From Octopus sinensis (lineage: Eukaryota): DNA of 64,000 nt. Under the pieces are notes generated by a model that worked only from the letters and a program-made list of their open reading frames with translations, had not been told where the DNA came from and did not search any database. This document shows positions 43,047 to 56,344 of this stretch, one piece after another. Within the stretch, counting starts at the first letter, position 1. Each line of letters opens with the position of its first letter. The stretch covers positions 5,890,001 through 5,954,000 of the forward strand of contig NC_043015.1 of assembly GCF_006345805.1 (NCBI RefSeq), in the 5' to 3' direction. The position numbers were made by a program, and so were the translations under genes.

Positions 43047-44714
43047 TTATGAAATTTAGTGAATATCTCATTTCAGTTCGATTTTTGGATACATTATTTT
43101 TTTTTATTAACATTTTGAATCTAATTGTCACTTGTATTGAATTCAAAACAAATAGCTCGAGGCATGCATGATTTCTGACTGCTATCAACTGCATTGCAAG
43201 GCAGAACAGTGATCACATGTTTAAGCAGATACTATTCATTTCTCAATAAGCAGATACGATAGATTTGTTCATGCTTTGATGAAATATTCAGGATTTTATG
43301 CATTAAAGTATAGTATTTTTTATTTATTTTTGGAGGTGTTGGGGCTGGATGACATTTTGTTGTATTTATTATCTTATTATCGTTGTTATTGTATTGCTTT
43401 ACAGATTTTAGTTAGTATTTATTATTATTACCCTTTTTTCATTAAATCATAAATAATTTTGAAATTATATGCTATCACGAAATTCCACAAATGGATTTGA
43501 AAATAGCATCAACAACAACAACTCCATCAATGTTTTCTATAAATATTATTAATATCATCATTTTTATTAATATTAGTAGTATGAAATTTGGGGATCGCAG
43601 ATTCTATAAAGTGCTGATGAAAATGTTTGCCGGATAAAATTACATCTGTTTGTTTTTGAGTTCGAATTCTTGCAGATCTGACATTTACTCTAAATAACCA
43701 ATCAGCTTCTGAGTAAATGCATAAAATCGGCGTTATCCTCTCACTAGGAAAAGATGGCCTTGCATTTACGTTCTCAATAATGATTATAATTATTGCTGTC
43801 ATTTTATTAATTACTCTTTGGTAAACAAAAGAGAAAATATTATTTTTACATAGGTTCAAAACCTGAAATTTGGTGGAGAGTATTAGTACACACAATAGAG
43901 AGGGTCACTATTAAATACTTAAGACTGAGTTTTATTTTTTCATTCTTCCGAGATCGATGAAATACTGTATCAGTCAGCTACTGGAGTTGATATACTCACA
44001 TAACAAAATTTCTAGCCTTTCTGTGTAAAAAAATCATTAGCTTTTCACTTTGTTTTAAAACTTTTTTATTGTGCATGTATCTTTTTCTTATGGATTCTTC
44101 ATCAGGTGGATCCGTGCTATTTCGCCTTTCGTTGTAAGCCATAATTTTTTTCAAAGAATTTCCAAAAATGTGTGATAATTTTATGTTCTTAATATCTGTT
44201 TTAAAAAGTAGTGTGATGCTATTCATTGAAATCTCAAACCATTTTCCTATTAAAATGAAATTACATTGAATATTTTACTTCCTTTTGGTTCAGCGTCGAC
44301 ATTATTGAATGTTTAAGTTATTTTATATTTTTGCATGTTTGGATTAATATTTTACGATACACTGAATTAATGTTTTAATATTTTCACATGCATAACTATT
44401 TTACAAAGCGATCAATTTTATTAAATGACTTTAAAAAAAACTTTTATCCCAAATTTTATTTGAACATTTGTCCCTGATTCATAACAGCGTTGAGTGAACT
44501 GAATATCGTGTATATTTCCCCCAGTAAATACTAAAAACAGCAAAAACTAACTATATATTACAACGAGTGTAAAGTAAAAGAGACTAAAAAAGAAAAACAG
44601 AACTAGCTTGCTTTGCCGCCATACATACTCTATTTAAACCCTAGAAAACATTCTTTAAGAAAAAGAATACTTGAAGTGGTTATGAATGTTTGCTGAACTT
44701 TAACAGCAAAACTA

Positions 44715-44923
44715 ATGAGTACAAATATTCGCACAAGTGAGCAATTTCAAGGAAGTGGATAAATCGATTACATCGACCCAAATGTTCGATTGGTTGGTAC
44801 TTATTAGCCCGAATAGGTGAAATGTAAAGCCGACCTCGGCAGAATTTGAACTCAGAACAAAGACTGACGAAATGCTTCTAAGCATTTTGCCCGCCGTGCT
44901 AACAATCAAGCCAGTTCGCCGCC
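44715..44923 (-). mobile_element. SINE family C, minus strand
   Basis: Reverse complement ggcggcgaactggc...gttagcacggcgggcaaaatgcttag...ctgagttcaaattctgccgaggtcggc. Confidence 0.8.
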
Positions 44924-46638
44924 TTTTTTACAAAGAAAAATATAGTAGCCTATACACAAACATAAAGGTCGCTGTGCGATGGAGACACTGCTCCCGATAT
45001 TGCCAGTTTTGTCAGAACCACCTTGAACTTTCAGTCGTTGAATAAAGGAGTTGACATAAATGAACATCGTATAAGGAAAAATTTCTTTCATAAAGACTTC
45101 ATCTTGGTACAAAAAATTACTTCAGGAGCAAGAAAACCAAAGTGGAATAATTTACTTTTGTCTCGTGTTAAGCGAGAAAAATTTTTCAGTATATGCAAAA
45201 CAATCTTTTATGAAATCCTTAGCAGATATCTAAGCTAGTGGTGCTCATTCAAAATGCTGTAACCTAGTAGAAGGGGGCTGCGAAATAAAATATAACAGCC
45301 CGGGGGGAGGGGAGCACGTGATCGTGACACGATTTCACCATTGCTTTCATAATAGAATACGGAGAAGTATTACGCAAACAAGTATTTAGAAAAGTGGAAT
45401 GATTGAGAGGAGTGACAAGGGCGTGTAGATCTATACGATCCCACAGGACTACAAGGCCATTTCTCAACTTTGCCCAATCGCAGAATAGAAAGCCTCGTTG
45501 CTAAACTTTAAACGACAAAAGTCCGTAAGATCCTATGCTCCGAGGAGCCCGAAAAGCAAAGATAAAGAGAGAGCTGCGAGTTTAGAAGCAGAAAGGGAAT
45601 GGAGTTACAACAGTAGCTTCCACAAGCCCCGTATGTTGCAACAAGAACTTTTATTGACAACACTTTGTTCTCAATACCAGGAACCGATAGAGAAGACAGA
45701 AAACTAGCAGAGATTTCCATGCTTACAAGTTTTATTCCATTGCCTTAAGATAAACAGCAAAATATGAAACAGTACCAGAAGGGTAAACGGCTAGAAAAGA
45801 AATGCAATAAAAAGCGGGAAAAGGTCCTCCAAAATAAGATTAAAAAATTAACAGGAAACCCAAGTTCCAGCCCAAGTAAACTGGCACGTCTGGTACATTG
45901 CTTCTCGTAGAAAATGGAAAATTAAACGATGAACTAAGCGTATTACTGAAAGATTGAGTTAAAAGAATTTTAAAAAAATATAATGAAGATCGCTTCAAAT
46001 CTGTGAATAAATGGGAATCATCATATGCAAATATTATCAAAGAGATGTTACATGTCAGAATCTGTTGCCAGTTATACGACTTACTTTATTTGAATAACAG
46101 TCAACACGAAAGCTGAACTGCTCCCAGAACGCTTTATGGCTACAGACTTTCTATGCAGTAGTAGAGCGTATCACGACAATGAAGTGTATCAGTGCAAAAG
46201 ATTCTTAAGACCCTTAATAATTGCCATATTATTAAGTTATTAATGAAATATTCTTATAACTTTTCTAGGATTTTTGTAGAATTGTCTATGAAGGTTCACC
46301 AAATTTTTAACTAGTCCACTTTATAAACTGTGTTCTCAATCTCTCGTCTTTCACAAAAATTTTGTTCAATCCCTCCCAAGTGTAATCTTTTGCTTTTGTT
46401 TATAGCATATAAATACAGTGTGATTAAGCAGAATCACTAAAACATGAAATGCCGTGTGGCATTTCGACCTGGGTATAAATGTTTCTAGGGCAAATTTGTG
46501 AGGCCTTGCTTAGCATTTCGCCCTTCCAGTGTCGATAAATGAAATAATCACGCAATAGACGTAATGTACTCTGCAGTTTCTTTACTTGTAGACATAGTGT
46601 CTATGATAAAAAGTGTTGTTATTATTTTAATCATGGAA

Positions 46639-46835
46639 GGCTGCGAGGTGGTACAATCGTAAGCAAGCTGGCCAAAACACTTAGCAGTATTTCGTCCGAC
46701 ATTCTGAGTTCAAATGCTGTCAAGGTCCACTTTGACTTGCATCATATCGGATCGATAAAATACGTGCCAGTTAAATATGGAAGTCAACGTACCCTTTCCC
46801 CCGAAATTGCTGGCCTTGTGATAAAATTTAGAATC
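46639..46835 (+). mobile_element. SINE family C, old copy
   Basis: ggctgcgaggtggtacaatcgt...cttagcagtatttcgtcc...ctgagttcaaat...aaattgctggccttgtg. Confidence 0.65.
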
Positions 46836-47073
46836 ATTAATTTCATGATGGAAAGCAGTGGAATAGCAGAAATATTCGAATAAAATCTCATATTATTTCT
46901 TTTGGATGGTCGCTTTCTGGTTTCAGATCTTACCAATGACTGTCACCTTTCCTCTCTTAGGAAAAATCAAGTTTTGTGGTCGCTGTAATCGACAAAACCT
47001 CTCCTCCAAATTTCTTTTATCGTTTCTTTTAAGAAATCATTATTTATGTTCAGAATGGGATTTGCTTTACAGC

Positions 47074-47108
<35 letters not shown>

Positions 47109-47958
47109 CAAACAGAATGACTAACTACCACTAGGTAGGTTTTGATTTCGAAATCAGGCTCACGCCTTTCGTATTCGTGATTTCACAAATCGAAAATACA
47201 ATTATTTTATGTCACTATAAGTAATTAAAATTTTCTGTCTTATGTACACGTTATAAACCCTTATTTCGCATAAAGGATGTCGTAAGATATATGGAAAAAA
47301 CAAATTAATAGATATTTGAATATATCATATACAATTTTATTCAGATTAATACCAGAAATATAAAAACTACATCGTAAAAAATCCAGGAGATGCATAACAA
47401 ACGTAAGTATCTTTCAAGCTATATTTTGAATATCTGACAGTTTTATATAACTACTTGATTAAGATAAGGCAAATAATTAACTTAATTTCTGAAGTGGTGA
47501 GGGGTACAATCACTTAATTTTTGTCCCAATTGTGCTGGTGTGAAACGATAGAGATAACCCTATCTATAAGATATTAGAGCTTATAGCAAATCATTCCCAC
47601 GTTTTATTGCTTCCGTCTTCCAGCCACTTGAATGTTTCAATTACATTCGCCGATACTACGGACAGTTCCAGCATAAAATGATCCATTGGCGCACATACAT
47701 ATGAACTAGTATAAACATACCAGTTACAATAACATATACACGTGAGCATACATACATATATACATGTATGCCCATGCAGGAAAACATTCACACAAATATT
47801 TCATATATATCTTAACACAATACGAATATAAGTATTTATCTGAACATATATAGGCAAGCATATATATGCTTACATACACATCACACATCTGACTTATATA
47901 TGTGTGTGTGTGTGCGTGTGTATAAATATGTATATAAATGTGTGAGTATAAATATTTA

Positions 47959-48866
47959 TCTACTACATATGTGAGAAATTCTGTCTGTGGATTTGTTAGC
48001 TAACTCCTCCTACATAGTTTTATCGATTTTGATGAAACTTGACACGTGACTCGAAATCATGTCCGCAAACTTCATGGCATACTCAGATTGTTGAAAAAGT
48101 CGATGATAGGGCCCCAGGAAACGATATGTATATATATCTAATATAATATATATATTCAAAACCAAGTGAAATAACTCATTCAACCCTAGAAGGGATCCTT
48201 ATATACAGCCAAGGGAAATAACTCATTCATTTTCTTAAATTATTTGGTAAATATGTAATTCAGTATGTTTATTTCTTAGTATTTGAACTGTTAGAGTTAT
48301 TTTTGCAATTTATCCAGTGCAACCATTAAGCAAGTAAATAGTATTTTCCTAAAGAATAGATCCACTTATTACGGTTAGTGACTTATTCACGAATATACCA
48401 ACACTAGCGAACCTGAGTGTAATATTGTCTGGGAACGCACAAAAAAACCCTTTTCCGAGTTATTTACTTTCAATTGTTATTATCTCTTATCTGATTAGCC
48501 TGTTATTATGTAACATGCTTCATGATTTTAGCATACATAATTTAATAGTATTTCTTCGTAAGTTTTATATACACTGGGAACGCCATAACGCCCTCTTCTG
48601 GGCTACTTGATTTGAATTCTTTCTGTCGGGTAACTAATTTCATGTTATTACATAACTGACTTCACAATTTGGGTATTCAAAATTTAATGGTAATTCCTAA
48701 AAACAAGATCCTGTGTAAGACAATTTGGTATTCTCTGTAAATGCACAAAAACCGTTTTAAGGGTTACATATTTGGATTGTTGTTCTTGGGGGTAGCGAAA
48801 CAATTATGAGAATGGAACCAGGGCATATGCCCCACTTACCCGGGAATTGCCAAGCACGTCAGCTCG
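47959..48866 (+). mobile_element. Decayed non-autonomous Helitron-like element
   Basis: 5' a|TCtactacatatgtgagaaattctgtctgtg...ctcctcctac...cgattttgatgaaacttg resembles common invertebrate Helitron 5' ends. The 3' end is cccgggaattgccaagcacgtcagCTCG|t (hairpin remnant plus CTAG variant). Confidence 0.45.
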
Positions 48867-49052
48867 TATATATATATATATACTATATATATATATATAT
48901 ACTATATATATATATAATATATATATATAATATACTATATATATATATATACTATATATATATATAATATATACTATATATTATATATTATATATACTAT
49001 ATATATATATATATTATATATTATATATATATATATATATATACTATATTAT

Positions 49053-49103
<51 letters not shown>

Positions 49104-49161
49104 ATATATTATATATATATGTGTGTGTGTGTTTAAAGCTGTACATATATATGTGTATATG

Positions 49162-49193
<32 letters not shown>

Positions 49194-49224
49194 AGTGTGT
49201 GTGTATACACACACAAACATTCAT

Positions 49225-50225
49225 TACTCGTGAAAGGAGAATGCTCATGGAGCGGAGAATAAATATCTTGAATTATTTAAACTAACACCTTAATGAGAGT
49301 GTGAAATCCCATCTCACAGAGGAGCTCTTTCAGATAGAAAAGAAACACAAACTTTCCCATGGAAAAGAAAGAGTAGAAAGAGAAACCTGGGCAGTTGAAA
49401 TTATAAAAAAATCCAAAAGCCTTCTACACGTTGGCAAAAGAATCTGCCTCAATACGCTATAAGATAGGACCACCATTTCATAAAAAATGCTGTCTAAAAT
49501 GGAGGATAAATAAAGCACTAAGTAAACAATTCCGAAATGTCTTCACTTCTCCACTGGAAAGTATGCAAATTAACAATGAGATTTTATTGTAATGAATCTA
49601 TTCGGAAAAGAGGCAACCATCGATTACATCAACACAACAGAAGAGGATGTAATATCGATTATTTATGAGATGAGATTGAACTCAGCAACAGGGCTAGATG
49701 GAGTCCCGGTTGTTCTCTTAAAGACGTGTAAAAACGGTCTTGCAAAGCGACTACAGATGCTCTTTCAGAGTTTCTTTGCACGTGGTAAACTTCCCAACAT
49801 GCTACAAGAGAGAATAAAGTGCTATGTTCATAAAGGAGGGAGCAGAGCAGTCGCTAAAAACTACAGGCTCATCTCTCTAACCTCACGTGTTACCAAGACA
49901 ATTGAACGCATTGTCAGAAAAAGGCTTATAACGTTCCTTGAATAAAACAACCTTCGAACAAACGCGCAGCATGACTTCCGCCCAGGGAGGAGCTGTCTCA
50001 CACATTTGACTGGGTACTGAAGTAACAGCTAAACCAGTCAGCTGTAGATGTGATATACCTCGACTTAGCCAAGGCATTCGACAAGGAAAATCATGGCATA
50101 TGTCACAAGCTGCGAAACCTTGGTATTACCTGGAAACTGGGAGAGTGTCTGTATGATTTTCTGAAGGGAAGGAGTGAGGCTGTTGTAGCCAATAGTACTC
50201 GCTCTGAAGAGACACCAAGATACTA
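49225..50225 (+). mobile_element. Decayed CR1-group LINE reverse-transcriptase fragment
   Basis: SATGLDGVPVVLLKTC...VHKGGSRAVAKNYRLISLTS...IERIV...QHDFRPGRSCLT...IYLDLAKAFDK.NHG..HKLRNLGI covers RT domains 0-3, with stops and frameshifts. Confidence 0.9.
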
Positions 50226-50348
50226 TAGGTGATGTAACAGCATGATCTCAGACGTGGGTTGAAACCAGTAGCAGAAGTGATAAAAAATATATGTATATTT
50301 GTATATGTAGATATAAGCACCTTTGGTATTCGAGAACACTTTTTTCCA

Positions 50349-50452
<104 letters not shown>

Positions 50453-50486
50453 TGTATGTATGTATGTATGTATGTATGTAGGTGTT

Positions 50487-50690
50487 TCAAAATGTGACCT
50501 CGTGTGTACCGCTGGCGATTTTTTTCCTCTATCTTCCTTCTCTGGATCTTTCCTTCTCCTATGTTTCCGACGAAGAGCTCCGCTCGAAACGTTAAACCCT
50601 CCTTCTTTCCTTAGCGTCCAATAATACTATATTTGTTACACGTCCTCGCGTTGTGTTATTTTGTGCTTTCTTGTTTGGATTAACATTATA
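50487..50690 (+). mobile_element. Penelope-like terminal-repeat remnant with a hammerhead motif
   Basis: Homologous to 31245-31410 and flanked by (TATG)n/(TA)n. Confidence 0.65.
50563..50597 (+). ncRNA. Minimal type I hammerhead ribozyme-like motif (variant core CCGACGA)
   Basis: GTTT-CCGACGA-A-GAGC(TCC)GCTC-GAAA-CG-TT-AAAC: stem I GTTT/AAAC, stem II GAGC/GCTC. Confidence 0.55.
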
Positions 50691-50756
50691 TATATATATA
50701 TATATAAAGTTATGTATGTATGTATGCATATATATATATGTATGTATGCATATTAT

Positions 50757-50828
<72 letters not shown>

Positions 50829-50917
50829 ATTTATGTATGTGCATCTTTGTTATTATGTTTGCCACCCCACCGATATTTATGTCTTATATACCAGTAATGT
50901 ATATTTATATATATATA

Positions 50918-51295
50918 CACTACCGTCAGAAATTAATTAGCACCCTTGATTTGCTCTTCACTCAAGGTATGTGCTGTCACCTAGTGGCCATATCTCGTAC
51001 TATTGCTTTGTTGCGAGTTCACTGTTGCGCAGAACGATGACGTAACTTTGTTTGCAGAGCAGTTTGAGAGTCTACAGCCTTATGATGTTGACATAGCAGT
51101 GCAACAACTTGGAGTGCAGATGCAGACAAATCTTCCTTTGTTTAATAGATATAGGTAGCGCCTCGCAAGGACCGAAATCACACCATACTAAATTTTCTCA
51201 TCGCGTAAGACGTTTTGAACAGCTCATAAGGTTAATTGATTTAACCTATTTAATGTAGAAATTTGAGAAGTGCTAATTAATTTCTGACGCAAGTG
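50918..51295. mobile_element. Tc1/mariner-type MITE, 378 bp, 26-bp TIRs, TA target duplication
   Basis: TA|CACTACCGTCAGAAATTAATTAGCAC ... GTGCTAATTAATTTCTGACGCAAGTG|TA, with 2 mismatches between the TIRs. Confidence 0.85.
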
Positions 51296-52812
51296 TATAT
51301 GCTTACACGCTTTAGTGCTTCTGAGCAATTGCACTATGAAATCCATGCATTCATTTAAGCATACACCCCAATCCTTTCCATTGGTACATTGGCAAATTTA
51401 CAGTTTTACAAATCGTATATAGTTTATTCAAACGATTGTAACCAGCCCTTAATTTTGACATACATAGGTTGAAGTCTTGCATTATGTATTTTAATCTTCC
51501 TTGCTAATGAAAACAAATGTGACTGTCAAGAGCTTTTAGGTAGAGAACACGCATGTGCTTCCTTGATTCACCATTTCTCATAGTATATTATGTGTATGAG
51601 GAACAACTAAATCATTTATTATTTCCTCCAGTATATTTGAAACATGACACTGATGAGTAGAACTATTTTGAAATGATTTGTTACTTTCCTTCGTGGGTTC
51701 ATTCGATACGCTTAAAACTGACCGTTGATAAATGCCAGACATTATCTATACATACATAAATAAATAAATACAGACATAATCACACACACTCGCACACACA
51801 TATATTTGGTATGTATTATAGTTATTGACATATGTGGCTGTTTTATTTTATGAGGGAAGATATGTGAAAATAAAACTAAATTAACAAAAGCAATTATGTA
51901 TAAATTATCTCAAAATAAACCTTGCCTTGTGGTGATTAATGTAGTATTGGAAATATTGATTAGAAATAAAGCAGAAGCAATTTACACACGCTTGGACTGG
52001 ATTAAACTATTTTATTACATGTCTAAGTTTTCTCAATTCTGCTATATTTACTATTAAACTTTCGATCAATATCTGGGAATAAGGCTGAGAGAATTAAACA
52101 GAGAGAAAAATGAAAGCGAAATAGAATGTGTGTGAAAAGTGAGTGTGACTTCATGTTGGTGTGTAAGCACGTGTGTGTGTATGTGTGTGTTAGCTTGCTT
52201 CTTTATATCCTTAGAGAAAAATGATGTTTTTGTTTTAATTGCGCATACATTGAACGACATTATATCTTCTTTTTAGAAAAAAGGTTGAATATGTGGTCGG
52301 TGCTGCGATGTAAAATAATGCAATCAAAATGTCTTCAGAATGTTACTCAATAAGCAAACCAACGTAACTGCATATTGATACTTCTATTCCTGTAAATAAA
52401 CCACTTATCACGAACAATATACCTATATCAGTAACTTACATATTCATACTCTATAGAATATTTAGAAAACTATTCACTATTCATTATTTCGAAATACAGA
52501 CACGGTAACGACAGCACGACTTACGCTGGTCACACAGGAATTTGTTGAAGAGTGAAGTTTGAAGTTAATCTAATGCAAACACATAGGATAAGCTTTTGTA
52601 GATTAAGGTTATTTAATCGCAGCCAAGTCTTCATTTACTAAAAATGTAATTTTCAAATTTCTTAAAAGGTACAAACATATATTATTCCACCATACGGGAT
52701 ATATATGAAATGCACAAGAAAAAAAAAAACTTCAGTGTGTACTCATAAAATAATTACACACACATACTTACACACAGATATATATATGCATACATATGTA
52801 TGTGAGTGTACG

Positions 52813-52853
<41 letters not shown>

Positions 52854-53467
52854 CTTCATATAACTTTATATAATTAGGGCTCAGTAAAATAAATTACTTT
52901 GCCACATACGAGCCATTAATATATAACGTACTATTTTGAATTCGCCTTAAATGGTCCTTTTACATACTGTACACTACTTGGTGAAATTAATTAATAACTA
53001 ATTGATTTTACCCTTAATTATTGATAATATATATATATATATATAGGTGTGTTTATGTATGTATATATGTATGTGTGGATATATATATATATATATGTTT
53101 GTATATGTGCGTGTATCTATATACACACGCACAAACAGGCACACGTACGCGCGGGTGCACACACACACGTCTTTTTTTTCCTTGTATGTTAGCGCTAAAT
53201 ATTTTCCGTTTTGTTTTTTCTCTAACTCCATTAATTATGCTAATTATTTAAGCCACTTATGGATACCTGTGTTTTCTCTTAAACATTATATCCCTATTAC
53301 CTTCTCTTTTATTTTACACTCGTGTCCTCTCTTCCATGACATTTTATACGAGATGATTACGCCTACAAACATTAATTGGTCACACACTCGATGCACGTGT
53401 CTATACTTACACACACTTTACCACCGACATCTCCACTCTCTCTCAATCTCCACATTTCCTCTAGCTT

Positions 53468-53545
<78 letters not shown>

Positions 53546-53638
53546 TATATACATACATATATAGCTTATGTGTGCTTATACATATATACATATATATATT
53601 CATACATGTAGGCATATACGTATATAGAGAGAGATAGA

Positions 53639-53801
53639 GACGCAGGAGTGACTGTGTGATAAGAAGCTTGCTTCCCAACCACATGGTTCCGGGTTCAGCT
53701 CCACTACGTGGCACCTTAGGCAAGAGATTTGTACTATGGTCTCGGGCTTAACAAAAGCTTGTGAATGGATTTGGTAGACGCAAACTAAAGCAATCCTGTC
53801 G
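53639..53801 (+). mobile_element. SINE family A 5' half (tRNA head and CORE-like region)
   Basis: gacgcaggagtgactgtgtgataagaagcttgcttcccaaccacatggttccgggttcag...caccttaggcaag...gatttggtagacg...cctgtcg, then (TA)n. Confidence 0.85.
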
Positions 53802-53813
53802 TATATATATATA

Positions 53814-53853
<40 letters not shown>

Positions 53854-54124
53854 GCGTGTGTGTATTGGTGTGTATGTGTATATCCATAGACACACTTACA
53901 CGCAGGCACACACATTTCACCACCATTTCTCATCTTATCTATTAGCCGGCGAGGTTACATTTTTATATTCGATCAGAGCGGGGTAACAAATATATTGACA
54001 GCAAATAATAACCTATTAAGAATTCCATTATTTACATTTCTAATCTGTGTATATAATCTATGTAAGTAATTTGCGTATATATATAATACATTCCTGTCAA
54101 TCAATCAGTAAACCACTCAGTTTA

Positions 54125-54202
<78 letters not shown>

Positions 54203-54588
54203 CCCAGAAATCGAAAACAGAGAGTTGCTTATTTGCAAAAAAAAAAAAAAAAAAAAAGAAATATAAAATGTGACTTCATTGACCGAGGTTACCGTGGTCT
54301 TTTCCGTAGGCTTTTCTTTCCACGGGTAAACCTCACCTGTCCTCCCCTTTACACTTCATATTGACATTTCTGTGATAACGATCCCTATTGATCAATTTTT
54401 TTTTTTTCCTCTCCCCCTTTTTTTTTTACCCCCCCCCCTTTTTTTTGTCCTCTTTCTCTCCTTTTACGATCCCTTTTGATCGAAACTCCCCCTTCCTTTT
54501 TTTTTTTTTTTTTAAACCTTCAAAAGAAAAGCTCTACCTTGTAATTTGTTCTATCTGTGTGCAGCCCTGTGTGGCTAATAAAGAAACA
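54203..54588 (+). mobile_element. L1/Tx1-clade LINE copy 2 (3' UTR only)
   Basis: Nearly identical to 55751-56143. It has (TATC)n on both sides and ends gctaataaagaaaca|tatctatc. Confidence 0.9.
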
Positions 54589-54743
54589 TATCTATCTATC
54601 TATCTATCTATCTGTATGTCTGTCTATCTATTTATCTATCTATCTAACTATCTATCTATGTATCTATCTATCTATCTATGTATCTATCTATCTATCTATC
54701 TATCTGCCAATCTATTTATCTATCTATATATCTGTCTATCTAT

Positions 54744-54799
<56 letters not shown>

Positions 54800-54800
54800 A

Positions 54801-54836
<36 letters not shown>

Positions 54837-54896
54837 ATATATCTGTATGTCTGTATATCTATTTATCTATCTATCTAACTATCTATCTATGTATCT

Positions 54897-56143
54897 CACG
54901 CGCTGAGACTGCGACATCTCTGGCTCTATGTAGACGACGGTGAACAGGTGTGGTCGCCGTTTGTGAGGCACGCTTTCCCGCAGCTCGTCTCCATGACCGA
55001 ACTGCAGTCGTGGATTAAAAAGAGGCCGAGGAAGGGCGAATGGCACCGCGAGTGTCGCGTTGCTCTCAAGCAACTCTGCCGTCCTGGGTCGACCTTAGTG
55101 ACTTCAACACAACCAAAGCATTCTATAGGGGTTTAGTGGAGGGGAGGTACGACGACGAGCTCGGGGCGAACCTGGACGTCGACGAGGAGTACCTGACCCG
55201 CCTGTTCGGGACGACTTTCGGGCCAGGGCCCATGGACAACTTCCAGAGATCCCTGGCTGGCAGTGCTACCGAGAAGCGCTACCCGTTCGGGATAAGCTCT
55301 ACAGACACGGCTCGAGAAACACGGGGCCGACCTGACCGAGATGCGGTCAGAGCGACGAAACCGTTCTGCACGCACTCGTTCAGTGTCCAACAATTTCCGA
55401 CCTGTGGGCTTATGTCGAACAACTGCTGTCACGTGTGGGACGAGTCGGTTTATCAGCTGAGTCTATCGTCAATATTGTCACGCCTCCTTCCTTCAAACGG
55501 GAAGGAAGAGCTATTTTCATCATCCTTGTGGCTATGGCGAAAGAATGTATCTGGTGGACGCGTCTGAAAGGATTGGAGACAAACACTTTCCTCTCTGGTC
55601 AATCTCTCATCAACTTCTTCAAGTACCACTTGAAAAGGAAAGTGAGAGTAGAGAGGCAAGTTTTGTCTAGCGAATGTTTTAAAAAAAGAGTGAATGTAGC
55701 AAGAATGGCACGTATGAATGACGAAGCCACCTTGAGCATAGTCCTATGAACCCAGAAATCGAAAACAGAGAGTTGCTTATTTGCAAAAAAAAAAAAAAAA
55801 AAAAAAAAAGAAAAATAAAAAGTGACTTCATTGACCGAGGTTACCGTGGTCTTTCCGCAGGCTTTTCTTTCCACGGGTAAACCTCACCTGTCCTCCCCTT
55901 TACACTTCATATTGACATTTCTGTGATAACGATCCCTATTGATCATTTTTTTTTCCTCCCCCCCCCCCTTTTTTTTTTTTTTAACCCCCCTTATTTTTGT
56001 CCTCTTTCTCTCCTTTTACGATCCTTTTGATCGAACCTCCCCCTTCCTTTTTTTTTTTTTTTTTTTTAATACCTTCAAAAGAAAAGCTCTACCTTGTAAT
56101 TTGTTCTATCTGTGTGCAGCCCTGTGTGGCTAATAAAGAAACA
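54897..56143 (+). mobile_element. L1/Tx1-clade LINE copy 3: 5'-truncated ORF2 C-terminus (CCHC zinc knuckle) and 3' UTR
   Basis: Joined across small frameshifts it reads HALRLRHLW...WSPFVRHAF...TTKAFYRGLVE...FQRSLAW/QCYREALPVRDKLYRHG...T*PRCGQSDETVLHALVQC...LWAYVE...AKECIWWTR...LSIVL* (stop at 55747-55749). The CxxC...ETxxHxxxxC knuckle and W...LP..D+L motif are typical of L1/Tx1 ORF2. Confidence 0.9.
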
Positions 56144-56184
<41 letters not shown>

Positions 56185-56239
56185 GTCTGTCTATCTATTT
56201 TTCTATCTATCTATCTATTTATTTAGCTATGTATTTATA

Positions 56240-56273
<34 letters not shown>

Positions 56274-56292
56274 ACTATCTAACTATTATCTA

Positions 56293-56338
<46 letters not shown>

Positions 56339-56344
<6 letters not shown>

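Noticed and set aside
45250-45900. Locally GC-richer patch with short ORFs
   Set aside because: No protein motif, terminal repeats or second copy could be identified. It is probably an old repeat and is left uncalled.
55040-55567. 175-aa ORF as an independent gene
   Set aside because: It is a frameshifted segment of the LINE ORF2 remnant; only its middle part is in the true reading frame.
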